A stretch of 64,000 bases of DNA from NCBI GenBank assembly GCA_965214705.1, contig CBDCCI010000002.1, positions 1,152,001 to 1,216,000 of the forward strand, read 5' to 3'. Source of the DNA: Alphaproteobacteria bacterium. GTDB lineage: Bacteria > Pseudomonadota > Alphaproteobacteria > UBA828. The position numbers were made by a program, and so were the translations under genes. The notes beneath the pieces were generated by a model. That model worked only from the letters and a program-made list of their open reading frames with translations, was not told the DNA's origin and made no database searches. This document shows, one piece after another, positions 1 through 9,541 of the stretch (position 1 is the stretch's first letter; the number at the start of each line of letters is the position of its first letter).

Positions 1-405
1 CGAGGTCGCCGACGGCGAGATGATGACCACGCCGTTCGGCACCGCGACGTTGTTGGTGATGGCGATGGTGACGCCGGAACAGTCGGCGCCGAAGATCGCG
101 GCAACGCCCTCGGCAGTGACCAGACGCTCCGCCGCGGCGGTCGCGGCGGCGGCGTCGATGCAGGTCGAATCGCCCCTGACCGGGACCATCACCTTGCCAC
201 CGAGGAAGGCGCCTGAATCCGACACCTCCTTCATGGCCAGCTCAGCCGAATCCCCCATGGGGGGCGTCAGCGACTCGATCGGGCCGGTGAAGCCGAGAAT
301 GACACCGACCTTCACCTCGTGGCCGTCGGCCTTGGCGTCCGGCGCCAGCCCAAGACAAAGCGCAGCGGCAGCCGCAACAAGTGTAACTCGCCAATTCCTT
401 CTCAT
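1..405 (-). CDS. Branched-chain amino acid ABC transporter substrate-binding protein (LivK/LivJ-like), 5' part; runs off window start
   Basis: Not in ORF track; manual reverse translation from ATG at 405 gives signal peptide MRRNWRVTLVAAAAALCLGLAPDAKA, then VKVGVILGFTGPIESL...RGDSTCID...IISPSATS, typical of this family. Confidence 0.85.
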   Translation of the reverse strand, partial: MRRNWRVTLVAAAAALCLGLAPDAKADGHEVKVGVILGFTGPIESLTPPMGDSAELAMKEVSDSGAFLGGKVMVPVRGDSTCIDAAAATAAAERLVTAEGVAAIFGADCSGVTIAITNNVAVPNGVVIISPSATS

Positions 406-622
406 GATTCGTGCTCCCTGTCCGAGGGTCGCGGCCGCACGCCCCAGCGATGGCGCGGTGCGCCGACCGGTTCGCAAATCATAGCGCGCTTTGACCGGTG
501 TTTCGAACGGATTGGCTAATCGAGTCATGCCTCGTGATCGGAATTTGCCCGGTTCGCGCGTTGACGGGCTGCGGGGCAGGGACTATCTCTCAGGCCAAGC
601 GGCGCATCAGGCGGATGACGCG

Positions 623-2560
623 ATGGTGGACGTGCAGATCGAGCGGCCGACCACGTCCGTCACGGACGATGCGGCGGCGCTCGCCGAGCCGGGCGTCTCG
701 CTGGAGCGCGGCGTCGCGGCGTTGCGCGCGGCGCTGGGGACCATGCCGGCCGGCGCCGGTGTCTACTGCATGCGCGACCGGCACGAGAAGCCGCTCTACG
801 TCGGCAAGGCCAAGAGCCTGCGCAAGCGCGTCCAGACCTACGTCAACGTCCGCACGCTGCCGGTCCGCCTGCAGCGCATGATCGCGGCCACGACCTCGGT
901 CGAGGTGATCACCACCGAGGGCGAGGTCGAGGCGCTGCTGCTCGAGAGCAACCTGATCAAGCGGCTCAAGCCGCACTACAACATCCTGCTCCGGGACGAC
1001 AAGTCGTTCCCCTACATCCTGCTCCGCCGGGGCCACACTTGGCCGCAGATCACCAAGTATCGCGGCGCCAAGAGCGCAGAGGGCGACTACTTCGGCCCGT
1101 TCGCCTCGGCCGGCGCGGTGAACCTCACGATCAACGCGCTGCAGCGGGCGTTCCCGCTGCGGTCCTGCTCCGATTCGGTGCTGGAGAGCCGCACCCGGCC
1201 CTGCCTGCAGTACCAGATCAAACGCTGCACCGCGCCCTGCGTCGGCCGCATCGGCAAGGCCGACTACGACGTGCTGGTGGAGGAGGCGCGGGCCTTCCTC
1301 GCCGGGCGCAGCAGGCAGGTCCAGAGCCGGCTGACCGAGCGGATGACCGCGGCGAGCGACGCGCTGGAATTCGAGACCGCCGCCGCCTACCGCGACCGCA
1401 TCAAGGCGCTCGCCCATATCCAGATGCGCCAGGGCATCAACCTGCCCTCCATGGACGATGCCGATGTGGTCGCCATCCACGACGAGGCCGGCCAGGCCTG
1501 CGTGCAGGTCTTCTTCTTCCGCTCCGGCCAGAACTACGGCAACCGGGCGTTCTTCCCGCGTCACGGGGCGGACGAGACGGCCGAGGCGATCCTGCGCGCC
1601 TTCATCGGGCAGTTCTACAGCGCGCGGGAGGCGCCGCCGCTGGTCCTGGTCAACCGGCCGCTGGCGGAGGCTTCGCTGCTCGCCGAGGCGCTGACGGTCC
1701 GGGCCGGGCGGCGGGTCCGGCTGCACCGCCCGCAGCGCGGCGAGAAGCGCAAGCTGGTGGAGGACGCCGAGCGCAACGCCCGCGAAGCGCTCGCCCGCCG
1801 GCTCGGCGAGAGCACGGCGCAGCGGCGCCTGCTGGAGAGCCTGGCCCAGAAGTTCGGGCTGGAGAGCGCGCCGGAGCGGATCGAGGTCTACGACAACAGC
1901 CACATCTCGGGCACCGATGCGGTCGGCAGCCTGATCGTCGCGGGGCCGGACGGCTTCATCAAGAACGCCTACCGCAAGTTCACGATCCGGTCTGTGGCAG
2001 CGGCGCAGGACCCGGCCGCGCCGGGCGACGACTACGCCATGATGCGCGAGGTTCTCACCCGCCGCTTCTCCCGCCTGATCAAGGAGGACCCCGGCCGCGC
2101 GGGCGAATCGTGGCCGGACCTGGTGCTGATCGACGGGGGCGCCGGCCAGCTGGGCGAGGCACGCCGGGTCTTCGCCGATCTCGGCATCGCCGACCTCGCG
2201 GTCGCGGCGATCGCCAAGGGGCCGGAGCGCAATGCCGGCCGCGAGCGCATCTTCTTGCCCGACAGGCCGCCGGTCTCGCTCGGCGCGCGCGAGCCGCTGC
2301 TCTACTTCCTGCAGCGACTGCGGGACGAGGCGCATCGCTTCGCCATCGGCACCCACCGGGCCAAGCGCGCCAAGGCCCGCGCCCGCTCGGCGCTCGACGA
2401 GATTCCGGGCGTCGGCCCCCGGCGCAAGAAGGCGCTGCTGCACCGCTTCGGCTCGGCGCGGGGGGTGAGCCAGGCGGGCCTCGCCGATCTGGAGACCGTG
2501 GACGGCATATCGAGCACGGTCGCGCGCGCGATCCATGACCACTTCCGCGCCGAACATTGA
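623..2560 (+). CDS. uvrC: Excinuclease ABC subunit C
   Basis: GIY-YIG N-terminus (GVYCM...LYVGKAKSL, EALLLESNLIK), RIEVYDNSHISG, LIDGGAGQ, RDEAHRFAI, C-terminal HhH; in-frame ATG 623 preferred over TTG 491. Confidence 0.97.
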   Translation: MVDVQIERPTTSVTDDAAALAEPGVSLERGVAALRAALGTMPAGAGVYCMRDRHEKPLYVGKAKSLRKRVQTYVNVRTLPVRLQRMIAATTSVEVITTEGEVEALLLESNLIKRLKPHYNILLRDDKSFPYILLRRGHTWPQITKYRGAKSAEGDYFGPFASAGAVNLTINALQRAFPLRSCSDSVLESRTRPCLQYQIKRCTAPCVGRIGKADYDVLVEEARAFLAGRSRQVQSRLTERMTAASDALEFETAAAYRDRIKALAHIQMRQGINLPSMDDADVVAIHDEAGQACVQVFFFRSGQNYGNRAFFPRHGADETAEAILRAFIGQFYSAREAPPLVLVNRPLAEASLLAEALTVRAGRRVRLHRPQRGEKRKLVEDAERNAREALARRLGESTAQRRLLESLAQKFGLESAPERIEVYDNSHISGTDAVGSLIVAGPDGFIKNAYRKFTIRSVAAAQDPAAPGDDYAMMREVLTRRFSRLIKEDPGRAGESWPDLVLIDGGAGQLGEARRVFADLGIADLAVAAIAKGPERNAGRERIFLPDRPPVSLGAREPLLYFLQRLRDEAHRFAIGTHRAKRAKARARSALDEIPGVGPRRKKALLHRFGSARGVSQAGLADLETVDGISSTVARAIHDHFRAEH

Positions 2561-3185
2561 GAGTGTCGAGGCCTCGGAGTCCGTGACGGAGGCCGATCCG
2601 CTGCGAGTCGCGAGCTGGCCCAACGCGGTCACGGGGCTCCGCATCGTCATGGTGCCCGTGCTCGTCGGCTCGTTCTTCATCGCCGGCGCGAGCGGACTCT
2701 GGCTCGGCTTCGCGGTCTTCGCGGCAGCGGCGCTCAGCGACTTCTTCGACGGCTGGCTGGCGCGCAGGCTCGATCAGCATTCGCTGCTGGGGCGGATTCT
2801 CGATCCCATCGCCGACAAGCTCCTGGTGGCGGCGGCGCTCGTCATGTTGGCCACCGACGGGCGCGCGCCGGCGATCGCCGTGGTGGCGATTCTCGCCCGC
2901 GAGCTCCTGATTGCCGGGCTCAGGGAGGCGCTCGCCGGCAAGGTGGCGCTCCCGGTTCAGCCGCTCGCCAAGTGGAAGACCGCCGCGCAGATGGTCGCCA
3001 TCGCGCTGCTGCTGCTCACGCCGGCCATCGCACCCTGGCTCTCAGACGCCGCAGGCGACGGGCTCGCCACCGCCGGCGAGGGGCTGCTCTGGCTCGCGGC
3101 GGTGCTGACCTGGGCCAGCGCGATCGGCTATGTTCGGGCAAGCGTGCGCGGCCTGCGGGCGGCACGGCCGGAGCAGGAGGAGTAG
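2535..3185 (+). CDS. pgsA: CDP-diacylglycerol--glycerol-3-phosphate 3-phosphatidyltransferase
   Basis: PNAVTGLR and DFFDGWLARR...GRILDPIADK CDP-alcohol phosphotransferase motif; usual position after uvrC; exact start uncertain. Confidence 0.93.
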   Translation: MTTSAPNIESVEASESVTEADPLRVASWPNAVTGLRIVMVPVLVGSFFIAGASGLWLGFAVFAAAALSDFFDGWLARRLDQHSLLGRILDPIADKLLVAAALVMLATDGRAPAIAVVAILARELLIAGLREALAGKVALPVQPLAKWKTAAQMVAIALLLLTPAIAPWLSDAAGDGLATAGEGLLWLAAVLTWASAIGYVRASVRGLRAARPEQEE

Positions 3186-3734
3186 GTGCGGCGGTTCGGG
3201 GTCACGGGGCTGAGCGACAGCGGCAAGACAACGCTGGTCTGCCGGCTGTTGCCGAGACTGCGCGCACGGGGCTTGCGCGTCGCCACCGTGAAGCATGCCC
3301 ACCACGGCTTCGACCTACTGCCCGAGGGCCATCCCGCCCACGCGTGGCGGGCTGCCGGCGCCCGCGACATCGTGCTGGCAGGCTCGGATCGCTTCGCCCA
3401 CCTGCGCGAGACCGGCGATGACGGCGAGCCGCCGCTGGATCGGCTGCTCGAGCGCCTGGAGCCGGCCGACCTCGTGCTGATCGAGGGCTACAAGCGGGGC
3501 GGCCACGACAAGATCGAGGCGCAGCGCGGCGCAGGCGAAGCGCCGCTTCTCGCCGCCGCGGACCCCACCGTCGTCGCCATCGCGAGCGACCGGCCGGTGC
3601 CGGCGGCGGCTTCGCTCGGGCGCCGGGTGCCGGTCTTCGATATCGACGACGTGGATGGGATCGCTTCGTTCGTGGTGGCGCACTGCGGCGCTGCGGAGGG
3701 TGACGAGCCGGTGTTGGCCCATGGCACAGCTTAG
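3186..3734 (+). CDS. mobB: Molybdopterin-guanine dinucleotide biosynthesis protein B
   Basis: P-loop GLSDSGKTT, VATVKHAHHGFD, DLVLIEGYK. Confidence 0.92.
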   Translation: MRRFGVTGLSDSGKTTLVCRLLPRLRARGLRVATVKHAHHGFDLLPEGHPAHAWRAAGARDIVLAGSDRFAHLRETGDDGEPPLDRLLERLEPADLVLIEGYKRGGHDKIEAQRGAGEAPLLAAADPTVVAIASDRPVPAAASLGRRVPVFDIDDVDGIASFVVAHCGAAEGDEPVLAHGTA

Positions 3735-4977
3735 CGACGACTGCTTCGCCTTCGGCGGCGCGCTGACTCCCGCGGCGGAGGCGCTCGCGCAACTGGAGAG
3801 CGTCGTCCATCCCATCGCCGAGACCGAGACCGTGGGCCTGAAGGCGGCCAACGGGCGCATCCTGGCGGAGACCGTGATCTCGGAACGTGCCGTACCGCCC
3901 CACGACAACGCCGCCGTCGACGGCTACGCGGTCTACTTCGACGATCTCAACGCCGCCGATGACACGCGCCTGCCCTGCACCGGGCGGGCTGCGGCCGGGC
4001 ACCCGCTCGGCCGGCCCGCCGAGCGGGGCGAGGCGATCCGCGTCTTCACCGGCGCCCCGATGCCGGCGGGTCCCGAGACCGTGCTGATGCAGGAGGACTG
4101 CCGCATCGACGGCAATGCCGTCGTCGTGCCGCCCGGAATCAAGCGCGGCGCCAACCGCCGGCACACAGGCGAGGACATCGCGCCCGGCACCACCATCCTC
4201 ACCGCCGGCCGGGCCTTGCGCCCGCAGGATGTCGGCCTCGCCGCCTCCATCGGGCGCACCGAGCTCCTGGTTTTCCGGCGGCTCAGGGTCGCGATCTTCT
4301 CCACCGGCGACGAGGTCTACGAGCCGGGCGTGGCGCTCGGCGAAGGCGGCATATACGACTCCAACCGCTACGTCATCGCCGGCCTCGCGGAGCGGCTGGG
4401 CTGCGCCCTCACCGACATGGGCATTCTGCCGGACAGGCTCGACGCGATCGCCGGCGCGCTGGCGGAGCGCAGCCGCGATCACGACCTGCTGCTCACCTCC
4501 GGCGGCATGTCGACCGGCGACGAGGATCACGTCAAGGCGGCGGTGGAGGCGCTCGGCCACCTTCACTTTTGGCGTCTCGCCATCCGGCCGGGGCGGCCCA
4601 TCGCCCTCGGCCAGGTCGGGCGCGTGCCCTTCATCGGGCTCCCCGGCAACCCGGTGGCCGTCATGGTCACCTTCCTGCGCTTCGCGCGCCCGCTGATCCT
4701 GCGCCTCGGCGGCTGCACCGAGGTCGAGCCCGCGCACTACCGAGTGCCGGCGGCATTCGACTACAAGAAGAAGCGGGGGCGGCGCGAATGGCTGCGGGCG
4801 CGGCTCTCGGCGCGGCCGGACGGCACCCTCGGGGCGGAGAAATTCGCCCGCGACGGCGCCGGAATCCTCACATCCGCGGTCTTCGCCGACGGCTTGATCG
4901 AGCTTCCCGAAGACCTCACCTCGCTCAGCGCGGGCACGATGGTCGACTTTCTCCCGTTCAACGAGATGTACCGATGA
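3721..4977 (+). CDS. moeA: Molybdopterin molybdotransferase
   Basis: MAQLSDDCF start, PPHDNAAVDGYA, STGDE, TSGGMSTGDEDH, GLPGNP. Confidence 0.95.
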   Translation: MAQLSDDCFAFGGALTPAAEALAQLESVVHPIAETETVGLKAANGRILAETVISERAVPPHDNAAVDGYAVYFDDLNAADDTRLPCTGRAAAGHPLGRPAERGEAIRVFTGAPMPAGPETVLMQEDCRIDGNAVVVPPGIKRGANRRHTGEDIAPGTTILTAGRALRPQDVGLAASIGRTELLVFRRLRVAIFSTGDEVYEPGVALGEGGIYDSNRYVIAGLAERLGCALTDMGILPDRLDAIAGALAERSRDHDLLLTSGGMSTGDEDHVKAAVEALGHLHFWRLAIRPGRPIALGQVGRVPFIGLPGNPVAVMVTFLRFARPLILRLGGCTEVEPAHYRVPAAFDYKKKRGRREWLRARLSARPDGTLGAEKFARDGAGILTSAVFADGLIELPEDLTSLSAGTMVDFLPFNEMYR

Positions 4978-5234
4978 CATTGCTTTATTTCGCCTGGGTC
5001 CGGGAGCGGATCGGCCTCGATACCGAGGAGGTCGCGTTGCCCGCCGATGTGCGGACGGTGGCGGCGCTGCTGGACTGGCTGCGGAACCGGGGCGGCGGCT
5101 ATGCCAGCGCGCTCGAGGACCTCTCGGTCATCCGCGTCGCGGTCAACCAGGAGTTCGCCGCGCCGGATCACGCGGTCGCCGACGGCGACGAAATCGCGCT
5201 GTTCCCGCCGGTGACCGGTGGAGTCCGGCCGTGA
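4974..5234 (+). CDS. moaD: Molybdopterin synthase sulfur carrier subunit, with a 3-residue extension after the GG motif
   Basis: MTLLYFAWVRERIG...RVAVNQEF...EIALFPPVTGG-VRP; ATG overlaps moeA stop (ATGA). Confidence 0.9.
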   Translation: MTLLYFAWVRERIGLDTEEVALPADVRTVAALLDWLRNRGGGYASALEDLSVIRVAVNQEFAAPDHAVADGDEIALFPPVTGGVRP

Positions 5235-5695
5235 TCCGCGTCCAGCGGGAGGACTTCGATATCGGCGCCGAGATCGAGACGCTGACGGGCGGCAACGACG
5301 AGATCGGTGCCGTCGCGTCGTTCGTCGGCATCACCCGTGCCGACGCGGGCAAGGACGCCGGCGACGCGGTCACGGCGATGACACTGGAGCACTACCCGGC
5401 GATGACCGAGAGGCAGCTCGCGGACATCGAGGCCGAGGCGTGCCAGCGCTGGGACCTCACCGCATCACTGATCGTCCACCGCTACGGCAGGCTCGAGCCC
5501 GGTGATCGCATCGTTCTCGTGGTGACCGCGGCGGCCCATCGGCGCGCGGCGCTCGATGCCTGCGCCTTCCTGATCGACTGGCTCAAGACCAAGGCGCCGT
5601 TCTGGAAGCGCGAGGAGACCGCCGAGGGTGACCGCTGGGTCGCGGCGCGCGACGCGGACGACCGCGCCGCCGAGCGCTGGCACAGCGGGTCATAA
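5231..5695 (+). CDS. moaE: Molybdopterin synthase catalytic subunit
   Basis: IRVQREDFD, LEHYPAMT, HRYGRL, IDWLKTKAPFWKRE. Confidence 0.95.
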   Translation: MIRVQREDFDIGAEIETLTGGNDEIGAVASFVGITRADAGKDAGDAVTAMTLEHYPAMTERQLADIEAEACQRWDLTASLIVHRYGRLEPGDRIVLVVTAAAHRRAALDACAFLIDWLKTKAPFWKREETAEGDRWVAARDADDRAAERWHSGS

Positions 5696-5758
5696 TCCGG
5701 CTACCGAACCTTCAAACAACGAAACGGCCGCTCGTCACGGTTAGCACCCCCAGTTCTC

Positions 5759-6703
5759 ATGTCGGTTGTTGAGCGAATTTTGGTTATCAAGCACGGCGCG
5801 CTCGGGGATTGGGTCCTCGCCACCGGGTGCTTCGCGGCGATCCGCCGCCATCATCCGTCTGCGCGCATCACCCTGCTGACGACGCCGGCCTTTGCCGAGT
5901 TGGGCGGACGTTGCGGCTGGTTCGACGAGGTTTGGACGGACGAACGTCCGAGCATTCTGGCCGATCCCCTGGCATGGATCAGGTTACGCAGGCGCCTGAT
6001 CGAAGGTGAGTTCCTGCGCGTCTATGATCTCCAGACATCGAGCCGCACCGGGCATTACTTTCACATGCTGCCGCGCCGCTGCCGCCCCGAATGGTCGGGG
6101 ATCGCCGTTGGATGCTCGCATTCCCACCGCAATCCCCAACGGCCGTTCATGCACACGCTAGAGCGTCAGGCGGAACAGCTTGGCATTGCCGGCATTGGGG
6201 ACGTGCCGGCACCCACTCTCGAGTGGCTGGATGCCGATATCTACGCGTTGACACCGCCCGGCGCCTTCGCGCTCATCGTGCCGGGGGGATCGGCACACCG
6301 GCCGGAAAAGCGCTGGCCGTCCCGGCGGTTTGCCGACCTCGCCCGGCTCTTGTCCGCACGCGGCATGATCCCCGTCCTGACCGGCGCGGAGGCCGAGGCG
6401 TCGGTCCTCGATGACATCGCGGGACACGTGCCAAGAGCAATTAATTTGGGCGGTCGCACCAGCCTGGGTCAGGTCGCCGCCCTGGCGCGACGCGCGATGT
6501 GCGCCGTGGGCAACGACACGGGTCCCATTCATATCGCTGCCACGGTCGGCTGCCCCACCGTCGCGCTGTTCGGCGCCGGCTCCGACCCCATCCAATATGG
6601 GCCGCGCGGCGAGGCGGTAGAGGTCCTGCGTCGCGTGCCGCTCGCGGGCCTGCCAGTCGCTGACGTCATTGCCGCGGCCGAGCGGATTGCGGTGCGCGCC
6701 TGA
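5759..6703 (+). CDS. Glycosyltransferase family 9 (LPS heptosyltransferase-like)
   Basis: ILVIKHGALGD, EKRWP, VGNDTGPIHIAA. Confidence 0.9.
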   Translation: MSVVERILVIKHGALGDWVLATGCFAAIRRHHPSARITLLTTPAFAELGGRCGWFDEVWTDERPSILADPLAWIRLRRRLIEGEFLRVYDLQTSSRTGHYFHMLPRRCRPEWSGIAVGCSHSHRNPQRPFMHTLERQAEQLGIAGIGDVPAPTLEWLDADIYALTPPGAFALIVPGGSAHRPEKRWPSRRFADLARLLSARGMIPVLTGAEAEASVLDDIAGHVPRAINLGGRTSLGQVAALARRAMCAVGNDTGPIHIAATVGCPTVALFGAGSDPIQYGPRGEAVEVLRRVPLAGLPVADVIAAAERIAVRA

Positions 6704-6721
6704 CAGACCGTGAGGCGCGAA

Positions 6722-7972
6722 ATGACCCCGCCTACTTTGAGCAGCGGCGACGAGCGCGGTGAAACGCGGGGCTTGAGCAGGCCGAGGCGACTCTTGACCG
6801 CGATTTTCTGTGCGTTTGCCCTGCTGCTGCCGATCGTCAGCGTCGCGGCGCCCAAGGGCACCGTGGTGCTCCTGCTACTCGCGGCGGCCCTCGCCGTTCC
6901 GACCTATTGGTGGGCGAACAGGCGAATCCCGGTTCCCGATTTGAGGATAGTGATCGCCCTTGCGCTATTCGTCGCGTGGTGCGCGATCGCTTCGGCCTGG
7001 AGTGTCGACGCCGCACGCTCTCTTGGGCTCGTGCTCCGCATCACCGTGATCCTCGCGGCCGGCATGGCGCTGTTCCCTGTCGCGGCCGCATTGGACGAAG
7101 CGGTGAGGAGAGAGATCGGCCGATGGCTCGTCGTCGGGTTAGGCCTGAGCCTTGCTTTCGTGGTCGTGGAGACGGGGCTCGACTATCCGGTGCTTCGACA
7201 ATTCAAGACGGCGGAAGCCGGAAAAGAGGCGGTTTGGTTCAATCGTGGCGCTGTTGCGATGGCGATGATTGTCTGGCCGGTGACCGCCTTTCTCTGGAAG
7301 GGAAGGCTAGGTTGGAAGGCCCTCTTTGTTCCCGTTTTGCTCGGAACCGCTTCGCTATTTCTGGAAAGTGAGTCAGGGACGCTCGGTTTCGCCGCGGGCA
7401 TCGCGGTCGTACTGTTGGCCGTCATTCATCGCAAGGCCGGTCAAACAATCACCATTGCGGCAACCCTTTTGGCGTTTGTCGCAATGCCCTTCGTAGCTCT
7501 GGAACTGCACAATCACGGGTGGCATCGGGCGGACTGGCTGCCCGCATCGGCCCAGCACCGCGTCGAGATTTGGGACTTTTCCGTCCAGCGTATCGCCGAG
7601 AAACCCGTATTCGGGTGGGGTTTCGACGGTTCCCGTCACATGGGATCGTTGTTCCCCACACCTAGCGACACCGGTCGCGACATCGCAGCCTTGCACCCCC
7701 ATAGCGCGCCGCTGCAAGTCATGCTCGAACTCGGTGCCGTCGGCGCCGTTATCGCGCTCGCGTTACTGTGGCTCGTCGTGATGCGTTTAGACCGGGAATC
7801 CAACCTCACACGGATGTTCGGGCAGGCCCAATTCGTCGCCACAATGGCCATTGGCTCCGTTTCGCATGGCGCTTGGCAAAACTGGTGGCTCGCCCTGGTC
7901 GTTTCTGCAGCCCTTATGATTTCTCTCACCGCGGAACCGAGCGAGCCCAAGGAAGCGATGGAAAACAACTGA
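6722..7972 (+). CDS. O-antigen ligase (WaaL/Wzy_C) family membrane protein
   Basis: Multiple TM helices; R..IW...IAEKPVFGWG and HPHS..LQVMLELG motifs; start 6710 (GTG) or 6722 (ATG). Confidence 0.85.
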   Translation: MTPPTLSSGDERGETRGLSRPRRLLTAIFCAFALLLPIVSVAAPKGTVVLLLLAAALAVPTYWWANRRIPVPDLRIVIALALFVAWCAIASAWSVDAARSLGLVLRITVILAAGMALFPVAAALDEAVRREIGRWLVVGLGLSLAFVVVETGLDYPVLRQFKTAEAGKEAVWFNRGAVAMAMIVWPVTAFLWKGRLGWKALFVPVLLGTASLFLESESGTLGFAAGIAVVLLAVIHRKAGQTITIAATLLAFVAMPFVALELHNHGWHRADWLPASAQHRVEIWDFSVQRIAEKPVFGWGFDGSRHMGSLFPTPSDTGRDIAALHPHSAPLQVMLELGAVGAVIALALLWLVVMRLDRESNLTRMFGQAQFVATMAIGSVSHGAWQNWWLALVVSAALMISLTAEPSEPKEAMENN

Positions 7973-8058
7973 GGTGAGGGCCCCAACCTCCAGGCCGGGA
8001 TGACGTGTCAGGAGAGTCGCGGGAAACCCGCGCCCATATACAATGCTGGCGCGCCGGC

Positions 8059-8940
8059 CTAATCCCGTGCGCGCACCGTCGTCGCGTAGTCCGCCATCAG
8101 GGTGCGGGTGACTGGCCCGACCTGGAAGTTGTGCTCGTCGATCGCGCCGACCGGCGTGACCTCAGCAGCGGTGCCGGTGAGAAAGATCTCGTCGCTCTTC
8201 GGGATTTCGTCGGGCATGATCGCGCGCTCGATCACCTCGTAACCGCGCTTTTCTGCGAGCTCGATGACCATGCGCCGCGTGATGCCGTCCAGGAAGCAAT
8301 CCGGCGACGGTGTGTGAATCACCCCGTCCTGGACCAGGAAGATGTTGGCGCCGGTCGCTTCGGAGACCTGTCCGCGCCAGTCGAGCATCAGCGCATCGTG
8401 GCAACCCTCCCGCTCGGCTTCGTGCTTGCTGAGGGTGCAGATCATGTAGAGCCCGGCGCATTTCGCCTTCACCGGTGCGGTATCCGGCGCCGGCCGGCGC
8501 CAGCGCGCGGTCTTCAGCTTGATGCCTCGCGTGACCGCGTCCTCGCCGAAATAGGCCGGCCACGCCCAGGCGGCGATCGCCACGTGTATCGTGTTGTGCT
8601 GCGCCGAAACACCCATCATCTCGGCGCCGCGCCAGGCCACCGGCCGCACGTAGCCGTCGCCGATGCCGAGCCTGTCGACGACGAGCTTGGAGGCCTCGAC
8701 CAGCACATCGCGGCTATAGGGGATTTCGAAACCCAGCGCGTCAGCGGAATCCAGGAGGCGTTGGGTGTGCTCTTCGACCTTGAAGATGCGGCCGTCGTAG
8801 ACCCGCTCGCCTTCGAACACGCAGCTCGCATAGTGCAGGCCGTGGCTCAGCACGTGCAGCTTCGCGTCGCGCCACGGTACCAGCGCGCCGTTGTACCAGA
8901 TGTCTCCGTCGCGATCGTCGTAGGGTATGAGGTCGGCCAT
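8059..8940 (-). CDS. ilvE: Branched-chain amino acid aminotransferase
   Basis: HGLHYASCVFEGER, EATGANIF, FLDGITR, LTGTAAEVTPV (class IV aminotransferase). Confidence 0.95.
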   Translation of the reverse strand: MADLIPYDDRDGDIWYNGALVPWRDAKLHVLSHGLHYASCVFEGERVYDGRIFKVEEHTQRLLDSADALGFEIPYSRDVLVEASKLVVDRLGIGDGYVRPVAWRGAEMMGVSAQHNTIHVAIAAWAWPAYFGEDAVTRGIKLKTARWRRPAPDTAPVKAKCAGLYMICTLSKHEAEREGCHDALMLDWRGQVSEATGANIFLVQDGVIHTPSPDCFLDGITRRMVIELAEKRGYEVIERAIMPDEIPKSDEIFLTGTAAEVTPVGAIDEHNFQVGPVTRTLMADYATTVRARD

Positions 8941-8977
8941 GGCGCTCACGGATGGTCGGTGGGTGGTCAGAAAGCTG

Positions 8978-9025
8978 TTGCGCTCCCTATCATCGGCCTG
9001 CATATAAGTCAACGTGACTGACGTA
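8978..9025 (+). promoter_or_regulatory. Putative sigma70 promoter (TTGCGC-17-CATATA) and imperfect palindrome TA-n-GTCA-N7-TGAC-n-TA over the marR start codon
   Basis: -35 at 8978-8983, -10 at 9001-9008, palindrome 9005-9025, GTG start at 9014 with no Shine-Dalgarno. Confidence 0.45.
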
Positions 9026-9496
9026 AAGGCCGGGCCCAATCCGCTCTATCTGCGTGAAGACCAGCTTCACGAGGCGATGGAGCTGCTGTTCTTCGCCTAT
9101 CGGGATTTTACGACCGAATGCGATGCGATCCTCGCGTCCCACGGCTTCGGGCGCGCACATCACCGGGTCGTCTATTTCGTCGGCCGCAATCCGGACATCT
9201 CGGTCACTGCGTTGCTGGAGATTCTGAGAATCACCAAGCAAAGCCTGTCGCGCGTGCTTGGCCGGCTGGTGAGCGAGGGTTTCGTGACGACCCGGCAGGA
9301 CCCCGCCGACGGACGCCGCCGGTTGCTCGCCCTCACGGCGAAAGGCCGGAGTCTGGAGAGCCGCCTGTCCGCGACCCAGCGGGCCCGCATTGCCAAGGCT
9401 TACCGCAGCGCGGGCGGCGTCGCCGTGGAGGGATATCGGGAGGTGTTGATGGGAATCATCGACGAGGCTGACCGGCGCCGCTTCCACCGGCCCTGA
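9014..9496 (+). CDS. MarR family transcriptional regulator (PetP-like)
   Basis: ELLFFAYRDFT...FGRAHHRV...LRITKQSLSRVL...DGRRRLLALT; precedes OmpR/EnvZ pair. Confidence 0.9.
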   Translation: MTDVKAGPNPLYLREDQLHEAMELLFFAYRDFTTECDAILASHGFGRAHHRVVYFVGRNPDISVTALLEILRITKQSLSRVLGRLVSEGFVTTRQDPADGRRRLLALTAKGRSLESRLSATQRARIAKAYRSAGGVAVEGYREVLMGIIDEADRRRFHRP

Positions 9497-9541
9497 GACT
9501 GACGTGTCGGATCGGCCCGTCCGGCGAGGGACGATGCGTCG

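Noticed and set aside
20-484. 154-aa plus-strand ORF at window start
   Set aside because: Antisense to the LivK-type gene, which the ORF track missed because its stop lies outside the window
590-2680. Long antisense and alternate-frame ORFs (also 3202-4980, 20905-22749, 27285-29474, 47145-49337 and many others)
   Set aside because: Shadow ORFs of high-GC genes: they overlap well-supported genes and have no recognisable motifs. Only the last 164 nt of the 47145 ORF are meaningful, as the displaced desaturase tail
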